Shown: positions 36,801 through 50,562, numbered from the whole stretch's first letter. The stretch: DNA of 62,091 nucleotides, filler included, from Choristocarpus tenellus KU-1152 (GCA_964200185.2; 9 parts of 9 records of this genome joined end to end with filler, not necessarily neighbours in it), one strand, 5' to 3'. Notes: a model not told the origin generated them from the sequence alone. Numbers and translations: made by a program.

Positions 36801-39632
36801 ATAATCGTTTTTCACTAATCATAATATCATTGTAATGATAAGAACCATATATTATAACAATATATATATTTACAATAATGACAACAATTGTTCTCAATGA
36901 TCGTTTTTTTACTAATCATAACATCGTTGTAATGATAAGAACTGTTATCATGAATAATTGTTGCAACCATTGATAGTGTATGTAATTAAACAATAATGTC
37001 TACAAACACTCACCACCACAGCACCTCTCTTGGTGTCCTATGTACCCTCTCATGTCTCAGCAATCCGCAAAGATAACCCAATGCCCTAGCCCTAGCCCTA
37101 ACCCTAACCCTCCTACTATATTCTCACCGGGAACTCCATTTCACTTATCAACAAACTTCTTTTTATTATTAAAAATATTACCAAATTCGAATTATCCCAA
37201 CACATACACTCGAGGCCCCCGCCCAATGATACAATTTACACCAATCACTATACTACTGTACACGCTTCACCCAACTAACCGTTTCAAATAACGCCTTAAA
37301 ATACAAACGTTCAGTAGTACTAAAAGTAGTACTAAAACAGACAATAGTCACAAAACTACCAGGCCCCCGGCGACAAAGAGGCACCTCAATATTTAACAAA
37401 ACCAGAGCCCAGTGAGCTGAACTCTACCCAGCACAATCCATGGGCCACCTTACCACCAGAGGGAACCTCTCTCCCCTAGCAGCCATCTCGTATCTACAAG
37501 CTTCTCCTTGAGCCCATTCCCCGGAACCCCTTTCACACTCAGTACTTACCCTTTTGAAGTAGGGTGACAGGGACGCGGTCCAGCCAAGGTTCAATCACAC
37601 AAGGTCCGATTCCGTCAAATATTGAGATGGCCCTGGTCTACCATGGAAGGGAGTCTCTCAAGCAACTACTGTCTACTACCATACCTCAATTTTCACAAGT
37701 GACTGTACCCTTTCCAGTTCAATCATTGTTTCAAGCACACAGCATCCCATTCGGGGCTTGACCCTTTGACTTCACATAAAGCTCAGCGCAGTGTAAATGG
37801 ACTACATCGCTGGTACAAGCACACACCACCATCCCATCCAGGACTTTGGCTCTTTGACTTGTTACTTGAGACTCAGCACAGTATAGATGCCCACGTTTTT
37901 TCATTGTCGCCATCACTTCCTCCTGTTTGCTTTACTTTGCTTTACTTTACTTTACTTTACTTTACTTTACTTTACCGTACTCTACTCTACTGTACTCTAC
38001 AGTACTTTACTTTGCTTTGCTTCACTTCACTTTATCTTGGTAAGGGTTACGGTTACAGTTAGGGTTAGGATAGCATTGGAGTGCAAGGCTTTTACATCCA
38101 ACAGGACCCTTAAACACATATAGATACGACATACCCATACACACATAGATACATACATCTGCCAAGGTATAGTGAGAATTATACCCTGATATGACTGAAT
38201 AAACAATTTGCAGGTAGAGTAAACTGATCTGATCAGACAACCCTAACCTACCCCACAAAACAGATTAGATATCAAAACATCCTCCTCAACACTCAGTGTA
38301 CCCACTAACACATCCAACTCACTACAGTTGACCCACCCAGAGCACCACCACCAGTCTCTCCACTACAACCAACACAGAGGTAACATACTGTAGCGCAAGC
38401 TCTTACATCACCTACAACAGTACTCTTCATATCCCTCTAATACTGCAAATCCGGAAAAGGAGTCAAGAAAGGGTACACCTATCATTTGACACTGTTTATG
38501 GCACTCGGCTTACCTTTGGATAGGACACATCCATCTGATCTCCATGGCCCAACCTACCCGTCTCCCCACAGCCAAAGGTTAGCAGCAGCCCAGTGGTTGT
38601 GACCAGGGCAGCATGACGGTGACCACAGGACACCTAATTTTATTTTTATTTTTAAATTGACAAAGGAGAAAAGCACCCACACATCAGGACACACCTTTTT
38701 TTGTTGTTTTATTGTTGCAAAAAAATAAACTCATCAGAGTCAACAAAAAAAAAAAATGAAAACATATACATACACTAGTGTATGCTACTCCACTCGAGTA
38801 GTGTACTAGAAATACAGTATTGAGTTATTTGTGAAGACAAAAATTGTACTGCACTACATCAAATTTAATCAAACCTTTATCAGCATGAAAGCAACCCTTT
38901 TTTTTATCCTAGTGTGTTCTATTCTACTTCAACGGCATAAATCCCTTTCACCTCCGCGTTCACATCGAACTTCTCTCAAAGGCTATTTTCAACCTCGTCA
39001 GAGGTTGTACATAACAACACAAAAAAAACAATAGCGATACATCAGAGCACTAAAAAAAGATTTTTTTTTTTTAAGTCAAAAGTAAGTAACAGACGGCATT
39101 ATTAAAATAGCACCCCAAAAAACTAGCACAACAGTCACAATAATAAATAAATTACAATAAATAAAATGACAAAAACAGCAGTAGTCTACACCAAGAATCA
39201 CCAAAAAAAGAAGAAGCACCTTTCATAAACACACACGGAAATCTCCCTTCCCTTCCCTTCCCTTCCCAACCACCACCACCATCACACCACCACCAACACC
39301 ACAACCAACACCACCACCACCAACAACAACATTAACAACAACAACGACAACAGCATAGACAACCAGACCAAACGATCATTCCCATCTTCACCAACCTGTC
39401 TAACCACCCACTCCGACGGCAGCCGAAGGGACCGCAGTCCCATGACTGCCCCTTCCTTCCCCTTCTTCATTCCGTCCACGGCGTTATTGTTCTTATGCCC
39501 GTCCAATAAGGGATCACTCTCGCTGTTCCCATATTCATCGCCATCATTGCCGTAGCCAAGACCATGGTCATCATTGTCGCTGCTCTGATTGGTGCTTGAC
39601 ACCAACACTTCGTCATTCCCATGACCGGCAAC
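32690..39632 (-). CDS. RCC1/UVR8-like repeat protein, partial at both ends (exons 39632-39396, 38633-38514, 35425-35252, 32839-~32690)
   Basis: Phase-0 splicing gives LPSEWVVRQ|VSCGHRHAALVTTTGLLLTFGCGETGRLGHGDQMDVSYPK|LVQRLASARQAVVSAACGREHTLVSMASGQVKGWGWGEGGRLGLGEVGAVLWPETLME. A further repeat reads VRAASVACGREHSLVVTTDGRMLAFGTADGGKLGLG. It starts in phase 1, so an intervening exon was not found; there is a 10-N gap at about 33926. Confidence 0.88.
37925..38035. repeat. (CTTTA)n pentanucleotide microsatellite
   Basis: tttactttactttac... with degenerate edges; intronic. Confidence 0.85.
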
Positions 39633-39639
39633 CTATGTC

Positions 39640-39813
39640 AACACACACAACACATTACACACAATACAACACACACAACACAATACACACAATACAACAC
39701 ACAAACAACACAATACACACAATACAACACACACAACACATTACACACAATACAACACACACAACACAATACACACAATACAACACACACAACACAACAC
39801 ACACACATAAAGC

Positions 39814-39848
<35 letters not shown>

Positions 39849-39850
39849 GG
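39640..39850. repeat. Compound (ACACA/ATACA)n plus (GA)n simple repeat
   Basis: Read directly; accounts for the His/Thr-rich and Cys/Val-rich ORFs at 39596-40078. Confidence 0.85.
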
Positions 39851-40404
39851 GAGATCAGCATGGACCGTAATCCCTCAAGTCCCTTTGCACAACGTACACT
39901 CAATACCCTACTCCAAAGTCTTACCACAGTACTAACACACACACACAAAATATTAATTCACTTGCTTGGCAGATACACTGGATCAGTACTCTGGCTGGTA
40001 AGTGACATCACCACCGCCTGCATTAACCATAATAAAACACATTTACAACTGGTGTCAACGTCCTTTTTTTTTCTCTAGTATAGGAGAACACCCTTCAGTA
40101 CTAGTCCACTGGTACTGCTGGGTAAGGAAGAGGAACCGCCATGAAACATCTATATTCCTAAGCAGTATACTATTCATACCCTAGAATCAGTACCACCAGC
40201 GATGAAGTGCCATCTAGACCTGGACTTTGGTACAACACCTGGACTTTGGTACAACAGCAGACCGTCTCTGATCACTTTTCGAAAGTACAACCGTCCCTCC
40301 TTCTTGAGTTGAATTCGAAACGGGGATGGAACACAACAGAATACACAGGGATGCACGCGCTTGAATACCTTCAACATCACCGAGCATCTGATTGCTTTTG
40401 ACAG

Positions 40405-40504
40405 NNNNNNNNNNNNNNNNNNNNNNNNNNNNNNNNNNNNNNNNNNNNTTAATTAATTAANNNNNNNNNNNNNNNNNNNNNNNNNNNNNNNNNNNNNNNN
40501 NNNN
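40405..40504. other. Artificial contig spacer
   Basis: N44-TTAATTAATTAA-N44. Confidence 0.98.
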
Positions 40505-40540
40505 CCAAATGGACGCGGCTCTACCCTCTAAGATACTTTG
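40505..40540 (+). mobile_element. MITE family A right end at contig start
   Basis: ccaaatggacgcggctctaccctctaagatactttg. Confidence 0.85.
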
Positions 40541-41454
40541 GGTCTATCTTAAAAAAAAAATGATAGTGAGAGACCTGCCACCTATTGTTCATATATCTTC
40601 CTTTCAGTTGAACACATCCATTTCCACTCCTTGTGCAACTCGAATTGTTGGAGACGTTCATGCCCTACCATCATATCTGCTTCTTTCTTTTTTTTGGTGA
40701 CCTGAATATATCTCCCCCCCCACCCTTTTTATTGACTTGAACTGATTATCCTACTCGTACGCCATATACCCTTCTCTTTTTTATTAACTTTCTTTCACTA
40801 TGGTGATTTTTTAAATGTAGAAATTGATGCCTACGAAACGTCCTTAGGGTTTACCCTCAAATGTCTACCATTGAAAGTAGTAGCTTATCCACAAGGTCTC
40901 ACATTTTTATGCAGGGCGGTTTCCTCACTAATGTGACCTGAATTTCTCCCCCACCCCTTTTATTGACTTGAACTGATTATCCCACTGTTAGGCATTGCCC
41001 CTTCTTTAATCACTTTCATCTCCTACCTATGTTTTCTTTATGTCGTGAGATCAAAGGCAATGGTGATAACATCGAAGATATTTCAGTACAATGATTCAGT
41101 TGTCGGTGTTGTGCTGGAAGAGGAAAGACATGAAATTGTGATGGTTGAATAATGCTCTGGAGTACGTAGGATGTAAGGAAAAGACATCTATGACCAAATA
41201 GACCTTCAGAATATTTTTAGTGGGTAGGTGTAGGAGTCTGCCTCGACGCTAATCTACTAGGTACTCTAAAACATTGCAAATTTTACTATAGCGAGTGTGA
41301 CAGGTTGTCACGTTTGGTAATAAACATCAAAAATAGTATTTTTAGAATGACTGTGACAATGTGTGCACTCTCTAAAATGTCGTTTAAGTAATGGAGGGAT
41401 GATTTCATATCGTAGACATGGGTGTCAATACATCATACCAAGTCATGTTCGCCT

Positions 41455-41580
41455 ATCAGATTGTATCAACTGTTGTATTGAAGTTGTCTCCATTTTGACC
41501 CACTTTAGGGTTGCGTTTGATGGATTGCTGACATCAACATATTATCCAACCGGGCCTGCTCTACACGACAAACTAGGTGG
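41455..41580 (+). pseudogene. Possible decayed hAT transposase fragment
   Basis: IEVVSILTHFRVAFDGLLTSTYYPTGPAL loosely resembles the hAT 'L.PF..AT..L....YPT' segment; flanks are full of stops. Confidence 0.25.
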
Positions 41581-43081
41581 TATGACTACCTCCCACTCTG
41601 ATTCGTTCTGTAGGATGATATCATTTTATATGCACGTGTATACATCATCACATTGTTCTGAATGGTGTTGAGTCCTCATCGTACGCAACAACCTACTATT
41701 GTTACCTCTACTGCCATAATAACAATGTACATCTGTATTCCAACTCAACAAAGCGGTTAAAGGTGCCACAAAGTAGGTGCAGTGTCCAGAAGGAGGACAT
41801 TGCAACTTTAATTCAACCGTTCAACATCCAACTGAACTGGTGGACATCCTGCGCCTTTGAAGAGTTCTCCATGATAAGAGTTTTAGGGATACGAGGAAAT
41901 AATATATTTTATGCACATGTATGATATTCTTGAACCAGAAAACACCAGAAAATCCTACTCATCTTGGTTAGGTATTCTAAATTGTGATAGTTTGCTTCCA
42001 TACACATAAAATGTGTAATGTCACGGATATCTTTCACATTGACAGGAATAACAGGATGTACATCAAAATCCGCACTGCATATGTAGCCTATACAACTCTC
42101 ATATTTCTTTGCTCTATTAATACCAGTTGAGGACTTCATTCACAGTGGTATTTTAGGTGCAATAGGGCATTTCACTTGAGTCTGTACAACTTGTGTCCTC
42201 AATTAACTTTTACACTACTGCAATGTAAACGACGTTGCCGTCCAGGCTTGAGAAATGTTGACAAAAAGAGGACAACTGCAGCCACCAGGGTCACAAAGCA
42301 AGCTCCGCCCAACTGCAGCCAGTTAGGGGGTCCTGACCCTACATCTGCTGCTACTACTGCTGGTGAATGCCATTCCTTCTCCTTGTCCCTGCTTCGCTGC
42401 TCTAGGCCTTGACACGAGGAGCTGAGGATTGTCTTGGAGACGTGTACTGCCTCAGAGAAGGCCCTGTTTTGTTAGCAATCAAGAAAGTAGAGGTGTTGAT
42501 CATCCCCATGGCCAACGTCATTACATTTCCATTATACGTAACGTTAGTAGCTCAAGTTGACAGTTGGGTCAAAGCGAAAAAAAAAGAAGTGGTGAAACGA
42601 AAAAAAGAGGACCTATAGTACCATTCATAGCTGTAGCAAGGCTTTGTCCAATGCCTGGGGGCGTTGTTTCCAACCATAAAGTCCAAACTCCAATAAACCT
42701 TTTTCCTTTATGTATACCTCCACATATATATATATTTTTTCCGTTCCATCAGTGCGCAATTAGGTTTCCTACTTTTGAAGGTAAAAAAGGGTAACTTATC
42801 TTCTTCAGAACTGCACTCCTCGTTCTCACCAAAATATTAGTCACTATTCCGATCATTAGTACCCTGGACATCACCACTACGATATAACTATCACGACCCT
42901 ACATCTCCTTGTTCATCTCTATAATCCACAACGACTATGCCTTGTTAGCAATACTTTCTCCCTCTTATCTGATGCTCCCATCATCCTACCACATGTACAC
43001 GATAAGCTCAGCCAATAGACACACAAAGATAAGATGTGCAAGGAATACATTGATGTCTTCATCCCTAGGCCTCGGTCTCTG

Positions 43082-46000
43082 TCACAACCTCCCTCTTGCC
43101 CAACCTCTCCCCATTATCTGGAAAAGAGTGCTTATGAAAAACCTTTTTTGTTTTAATGCATGTTCGGGTTTTGGTATGTCTGGAGAGATCGGAAGCATGG
43201 CACTCCCGTCTACATTGCAAGGTGTCCATACCTTGGATAACTTCCATGATACAACGTAGGTATATAATATATATTTTCCGGCTCTCTCTGCCTCTTCTTT
43301 TTCTTCATCAAAACTGACTCTAAGAAGTGAAAAGAACCCCCCCCCCCCCGACTAATAATATGGAAGCGGTAGTAGACAGTTTTTACAAGGCTTCCTATAG
43401 ACAATGGGCGTTACAGAGTAAAACAACCCCAACATCGTACATGTTAACATCCATCATAGGCAGAACATGGACAGACACTATAGATCAGCACTGGTGTTGA
43501 GTGTAATGTTGTCTGAAGTGCGAAAACACCCAATCCTCTCTTCCCATTTCTCCGAACAGGTTAAGCAAGGGCGCACACGAAAGGATCACCAAAAGAATTT
43601 TGAGCATGCATTATAATCCTGCATACAGACAAACATATATACACAAATATGCAACTATAGGTATATAAAATGTCAGTGTCCACCCTTTGTGTTCTACCAC
43701 ATAAAAAGGATAAGACTGGGAACACATGCCTCGTGCCTCAGAAGATTCTCTCTAGTACACAAGCAACGACTACATACAAATTGAAGGCATACATATAGTA
43801 CAATAAGGTCGAAAGAGAGGAGGGAGGGACATGGCAGAAACTAAAAAAAATGTAATTAACATCGATATAATTTAAGATCAGGTGCATGCAGTGATTAGGA
43901 TGGATTTGCCTTTCAAAGTCTCTTACCTCCCATGATCTTGGCATAATTCATTCATAGAGTATACTATAATAATGTAGAGAAATGTTACCTCCTAGTAGTA
44001 CGAACCTTCTTGATCGGTCTAGCATTGGGTTTAAGAGTGCAAAGGCCTCAGCAAAGTCGACACGACTTGCGTGGTTCAACACATCCTCACGGTATTGAGT
44101 CACCTCCTCAAGAAGCGCCTTCACAGCAGAGACCTATCAGGGCATCACGAAAAAATGAGAAATGCGATTTGATTATTGTCATGGGGAAAAGGGGCGATAA
44201 ATGTAGCTATACAATCAGGTTACTTTTTATGCACAGTCCAGAACCTGTAAAATGTACGATTTTGGAAAAACGACTACCACACCTCAATCACTACTTTTTC
44301 CCTTGTACATATCTAAGGAGCCATTGAGATGGTTATATCTGAAGTTTGTAGGTACATGCATATATGTGTGACTTTCAAAATTCAGAGATGGATTTCTGAA
44401 CAAAATCTCCGGTGCAGCATATTAGTACTTTTGTATCTGGAAATCTAGCACACAAAAATACACAAGAAGGAAAAGTAATCAAGGCCAACACAAGAAGTGG
44501 AATGCGACTCTTTAACCACTATTGTACCGACGTTGCAGTACATCAGACTGACGTTTGAACAGGGTTCATTTTGCAGGCAGGCGGCTGATTAAACCCTGAA
44601 AATTCATGTTTCTACTAAGAAACCCAGCAATTGGCAGAGTGGTGTGACATTGTGACATTTTACTGCTACCAGTGTAAGTGTTGTCACATACACTGTCACC
44701 AGTGAGCCAAGCTAAACAAGAGGTAATTAGGTTATGGAGATTTTGCATTTCAAGTCACTCTTCCCCCATCTCTTGCAGTTCGCCCTCATTTCAATTTATG
44801 AAGTGCAAAGATTGACTTGAGAGCATTGATTTCTCCATTGTTTGGAATTTTTCGACATAATTCAGAGAAGTTTCTATACACACACTTGTACAAAACCCCC
44901 AAATTTCTCCATATTTACCAGCATCCTTACAATGCAAACCCGGTCACCTCGCGTTTAGTTCGGCTCCGTTTCTTACATAATCAAAACCAAACCCTAACCC
45001 TAACCTCATCTATATATCTCTATATATATACACTTCGAAGCATATAATACGAATTTGAAGTTTTATACTGGGTGACCCCTCAAAGGTCACCCCAACTGTA
45101 CTTGTCCTTATGCAGGAGCTTTCTGAAGTACTGGGCACGCGGACTTTGCCATGTGACCACAATAGCACCAATTTCGAATACCTTACGCGTCGATTCTTGA
45201 TACTAGGTGTTAAGTGTTGCGTTTGACGTAACAAAAGCAGGATAAAACAGTTACGATTGCTGCACTCAAAACATAGAACTTCATACTTCCAAGCTTCCCT
45301 TCGTTGTCCCCATCAGAGATAAGCTCTCATTGTGTATCCCTTCTAGGCAAGGAACCAAAGCCAGTTAAGTATATTGATGCCAACAAGATATTGAGAAACA
45401 AGAGTACTCATACACACACCTTGCCCACATCACATCGAATCACATGTGTTGCTGGTAACAAACTGTGTGCATCTCGACACTCAAGATGAAGTATAAATAG
45501 TAGACTAGTGCAGTGTACCTCAAGATATGAACTACGTGTGAAGCACGATATGATGTAAGAGAGTTGGACATTAAAACATACCTCGCAAGGTTGGAACCAC
45601 CTCAATTTTGGTTCTGAAAATATATTTGTTTTTTTTCCATCCGTTGATGCAAAATGCACACAGACAAATTCTACTGCCGCTCGTGCGTCTGTAAGTATAT
45701 ACGCAAAGTAACTACAATAAAAAACCTACACTGTGCATGTTACGTGATGTAGGTGTCAAGCATTAAGGGAGACCTTGTGTATTTAGTACTTGACATCTAA
45801 GCAGAGTACAAGGAACAGCTCAGTCCACATTGAGGATACGGCAACAGGAGCAGCACTTCCACACACTTCCACACACACACACAGAAACAGGTCTTGAAAA
45901 AGGTTTGGCACAGTAACAACAATCCCACTTTTGAAGAAAAATAAACTCTTGAGCAGGGATGGAGGATTCTAAAGTGTTGATGCACCCTGTTGACTAGATG

Positions 46001-46256
46001 TAAAACATCATAAAGGGCTATTTTTTATGTTGCATGTCATCCCTTCCATGTTGTTGATAATAGAAGCGCTGTCTGTCTGTCTGTCTCTCACACACATACA
46101 TACAAAGACAGCGTACAAAACATGCATACATACAAATATTAACCACACCTTGTCCGGCCTGTGCACTGCCACCTTTCTGAGCAGCGAAGCCCCAACTCGT
46201 GACAGCTGGCGTGATGCGCTGAGAGCATGTACAATGTGGGTGCGATAGATGATGTC
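43082..46256 (-). CDS. 3' exons of an unidentified helical protein (46256-46149, 44133-44006, 43142-43082)
   Basis: GT-AG introns with matching phases (0,2) give DIIYRTHIVHALSASRQLSRVGASLLRKVAVHRPDK|VSAVKALLEEVTQYREDVLNHASRVDFAEAFALLNPMLDRSR|RFFISTLFQIMGRGWARGRL*. Family not recognised. Confidence 0.6.
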
Positions 46257-46800
46257 CTTGGGGATGAGAGAGGGAATAAATGCAAGTATTAACTCGTGCA
46301 TTTAGTTGTATCTATGTGTTACGTGTGAATGTGTGTGTGTGTGTATGTATTATGTATGTATGTATGTTTTGATCAACCAAACCAACTCAAAACACTTGAG
46401 TCTTTTTTCTTGGTTCTAATAATCCAATAACAAACCGGCAAACAATAAAAAATAGAACGGTAAACGCCCCCCAAATACCACAAAATATATGTTTGGTCCG
46501 CAACCCCACGATAACCTACAGTAGACCCCATTATCATCCATTACCATCCATTACCATCCCTTATCATCCCTTCCCCATTTCACCTATCGATCTCTACCTG
46601 CATTTGTAGCCTTGATAAAAACATACACAACTGATTATGTATGTATAACATACACCATACGCAAATCACACACACACACACAAAAATAATACTCACTATT
46701 ATAAAAAAAAAAACACATTGAATCCCCCCCCCCCCCCCACCCCGCCCACCGCCCTCCCCCGTCTGTTCTACTCTCCCCTCCACCCGCCCCCCGCGCCCCT

Positions 46801-46900
46801 NNNNNNNNNNNNNNNNNNNNNNNNNNNNNNNNNNNNNNNNNNNNTTAATTAATTAANNNNNNNNNNNNNNNNNNNNNNNNNNNNNNNNNNNNNNNNNNNN
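46801..46900. other. Artificial contig spacer
   Basis: N44-TTAATTAATTAA-N44. Confidence 0.98.
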
Positions 46901-47497
46901 TGCACCCTGTGTTGGAGTTAGATGCAAACCGTGTGACCCGGCAGTACGTAGAAAAGGTGGATCTAAGTAGTATTTCGAGTGGTGGATGTTCATTACCTTG
47001 ACCGGTCTGATATTATGGTTAAAAGAACATGTCAAGATTCATACAAAGTGCTATCTTTTTCGTTTGCTATATCGATATTTCAATATTCATGATGATACTC
47101 TTTGTCGATTTTACGAAGGGGATGACACAATAAATGTTATTTCAACGCCGAGCACACATACTCTGCGGCCCCGGGCCCGGTCTGACATTGGTAGGAAAAG
47201 TGTGTACTTCATATGTCTAAAGCGCTTCGCGATGATGATGATGATGGTAGATTCACCTCCTTTGTCGCCTCTGCAAACGGCAGCGAAGCCCGAACCGAAC
47301 GACGCTCATGGCAGATTTAATCAGATCATTGTATTTGCTATTTTGTAACGCACAATGTAAGCTTGATTGATCCTGTCTTCCGCGTTCTCAGTCAAGTTAT
47401 TGGTCAGCCCGCCTTCGAGAGATGTTAAAGGGGTGTTCTTCGAGTGTTCCTTCTCAACAACTCCTCACTTGCCCACACAACCAACATTATTAATTAG

Positions 47498-50187
47498 GAG
47501 CTATACAAGGATTTTTGCAAAGAGGCAATACGGGTGTATCCTGACAATCCTTCCAAGCGGGTAAGAAGGAGTACTTCCTCCAATTGCTCAGAGAGGACAG
47601 GCCCAGAGAGGACAGGCCCAACATTTGGGTGAGGGTAGGAGGCGAGTTTATGAAATGTGACATGTGTGTCACATTAAAAGAGAAGCGGCACGGTGCGCAT
47701 GGTGTAAAACCCATGAACGACTCCACCGTCCTATAAGGAGCTTGTCAGACCATCGACAGGTAGGTGTCCAGCGTTAATTTTGCAACAAGTGTACAGTGAC
47801 AACATGTCGCCGTCATTGCCCTCCGTTTCGAAGTAAATCTGTGTCCTTTGGCGAATGAAGACTCCCATGTAGGTGTTTATGGCAGCAGCAGTAGCCTCAC
47901 TCACTGCAAAACTTGCTGTTATTAGCTGCTCAAACACCTTGTAAGACAGACTGCTTCCTGGTAGTGTACAACGGGCTGTGGGAGGGACAGGTCATGTAGC
48001 GGTCTTCCGGCCCGGTACGTTCGTACTTCCTACCATCCCGATAATCCTGTGTTTGTCTTGAACGCAGCAATAAAAAACATATTCCAATACAAACATCTAT
48101 TGTTACCCAGACTACATTTTTGTTACTAACCTGATACGTGTTAACAAGCGACAATTTTTTTTTAACTCTGAGCAGGTTTATTTGATTAATTCACGTGATG
48201 TTGCTGTCCCCCATTCGCCAGATTATCAAAGCGGATCAGCTGGTCATCGCCAACAGCACCAGCAGCGCCATGCGGGCCAAAGCCGACGGCAAACCTCTCG
48301 GCTTCGTGTTCATGTCCGTAGATGCCGCGAACCAGACAGCACACGTCCTCCCAGCACTTTACCCACCTACCCACGGCGGTGACAGGTAACCACACGCACG
48401 CATAGTCCATCCGACAAGAACTTTGCAGCCGCCCGCGGAACAGAATAGACGACCATGTTTTATTCTACGAATGAGTGCAAAGTCCCAAGAAATAATCGTC
48501 AAAACAAACGCACATAATTCCACTACCCATTCCGTTCATCATGATGAACTTTCTTTACATGTTCCTTTCGTTCATGTCCCCCTTATCAGGGGCTACTCCG
48601 AGCACCAGAAGATCATGGCCGCACACGTCGAAGGTCAGTTCGCGGAGGTGTTCTTCACTCCTATCAATCTTGGAGGAGGTACGTATTGTAGGTAGCGTAA
48701 GAGCTAATCAACGGGTGGTGGAGATCGCAGACATGTACATCAGCCATATGGGTGTATGTCCTCTACATTGCATAAACAAGTTACGTTACCCCTCTTTTTA
48801 GCTCCAAATAAACAATTCGTAAATGAGCAGAGTACGTTTTGCCAACAGTCGTTGAACATCATTGTTCGCGCAGGTTGTAACCTTGTCTGCACAGCCACCC
48901 ACCTTGCCCTCACAAGGCTTATCGACAAGTACCACAACAGCCTTGATAACGCGGGGAATTGCATCATCCAGCATGCGCATTGGCAGGTAAGAAGGTTTCA
49001 TCTTGACACGACCTACTCAACACATACTCGCTGAATACCAGTCACCAAGTAACTAACTGCACGGTCTTTAGTTTTGGTTTGTGTGTTGCAACCTGCATGT
49101 ATGATGGCGGTGATGTAGAGATTGCGCTTTAGCAATACTGGAAACCTACCCTGTTCCTCCACGAAACGCGGCGAAATGGTCTGACATATCAGCCTCACGC
49201 CCATCCCTCCCTCGCTCCCAACTCCCCAAACTGGCCAGGTCGACAACTGCGTCTAAGAGAACAAGAACAATTTCTTTCTCGGATACGCGGGGCTGTTGGT
49301 TGCGGCGAGTGTCATTCGTGTGGTCGAGATACATTTTATGATGGTGGAGCACACGCACATCAAAATCGATCAGATCTTCTCCTGGTAATTAGGCAAGATA
49401 TATATGCAAGTTCGATAGTCACATAGTGTTCTTATATGGACAGATACTGCCTCGAGTCTTGCAGTCCACGCTTGTTGCATTCCTGGAAGGTTTATGGTTG
49501 CACGCTGTAATTGATCGATTGGCTTTTGATTTCCCCACAACGAAATTTACCTACAATAGCAGCTGCCTAAACTGTTTCGTAACATACTCTCGAAACAAAA
49601 CAATGAACAAAAAATGTATGCATCACCCAATTTTATATTCATTTTTCCATATACATGCATCAGAGCATGTGCCTGCATATATATCCTGCTTATCCACTTC
49701 GCTTCTTTCGCCCCCGCCTCGAAATTAACTTGCTTGCATTTCACCTTCGGGTTCTCACGCGGAATAAAAGGGAAAAACATATTCACCAGAACACAGCTGG
49801 GTGAAGAGCTGCAGGCCTCCTACACGGAGGTTCCAGTATACTACAAGACCCTGCGGAACGAGGGCAATTTCAAGGGACTCCTTCGCGGTCACGGCAACCG
49901 TGTCCCCAACATCACGAGCTACAGGGCTTTTCGCGTTGAAAAAGGCGGTGATGAGCGGGTGAAGGTTAGCGTTAAGCGATACATGCACAACACAGAATGG
50001 AGTGGGATAGGCGGAGACTCTGCTATGGACCCCAATGCCCCTCCGCACGACCTCTTCATCAGCCACCCACCTCGTATCCAAGATGCACCACCCTACCAGC
50101 TCAAGAGCATTCCCAAAGACGCCATCCTGAAGGTGGAGCAGCGGTACCAGGCGTCGCACGAGCGCCTCCCTGCTGCGTACCCACTGG
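47498..50187 (+). pseudogene. Intron-containing Sola-like/DUF7869 DDD transposase, inactivated (exons 47498-47759, 48222-48385, 48590-48678, 48874-48986, 49239-49384, 49751-50187)
   Basis: Motifs: GEFMKCDMC, FMSVDAANQTAHVLP, GCNLVCTATHLAL, WQ|VDNCV*ENKNNFFLGYAGLLVAASVIRVVEIHFMMVEHTHIKIDQIFS, GIKGKNIFT, NITSYRAFRVEK. Lesions: frameshift near 47560, 15-bp duplication (agagaggacaggccc x2), TAA near 47733 and at 49254-49256, GHTH>EHTH, and acceptor AG>GG at 49749-49750. Confidence 0.82.
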
Positions 50188-50221
50188 GTAAGTCGATTTT
50201 TTCGTGAGGGGAGTTGATAGC

Positions 50222-50321
50222 NNNNNNNNNNNNNNNNNNNNNNNNNNNNNNNNNNNNNNNNNNNNTTAATTAATTAANNNNNNNNNNNNNNNNNNNNNNN
50301 NNNNNNNNNNNNNNNNNNNNN
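50222..50321. other. Artificial contig spacer
   Basis: N44-TTAATTAATTAA-N44. Confidence 0.98.
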
Positions 50322-50562
50322 CTTAGAGGGTACGAGTTTTTCCCTGTTTGTCCATTAGGGGCTTGGCTTCCCATGGGTTTTTATTGACATTTTACCTACT
50401 CCGAATTGTTTTGGAGTATGTAAAATGTGTATATTATGAAAGGTATGTCCGGAACAAGGATATTGATATTCCCTAACATGATGATAGCCAAAAATGACAT
50501 CAAAATTGCAACATTGGTTTTGGCCCCCAAATGGACGCGGCTCTGCCCTCTAAGATACTTTG
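50322..50562 (+). mobile_element. MITE family A, near-complete copy at contig start
   Basis: cttagagggtacgagttt...gccctctaagatactttg, colinear with 26461-26709. Confidence 0.88.

Noticed and set aside
40696-41005. Short imperfect local duplications (also about 36788-36943 and 61252-61490)
   Set aside because: Real but ordinary two-copy duplications with no spacer structure or coding link.
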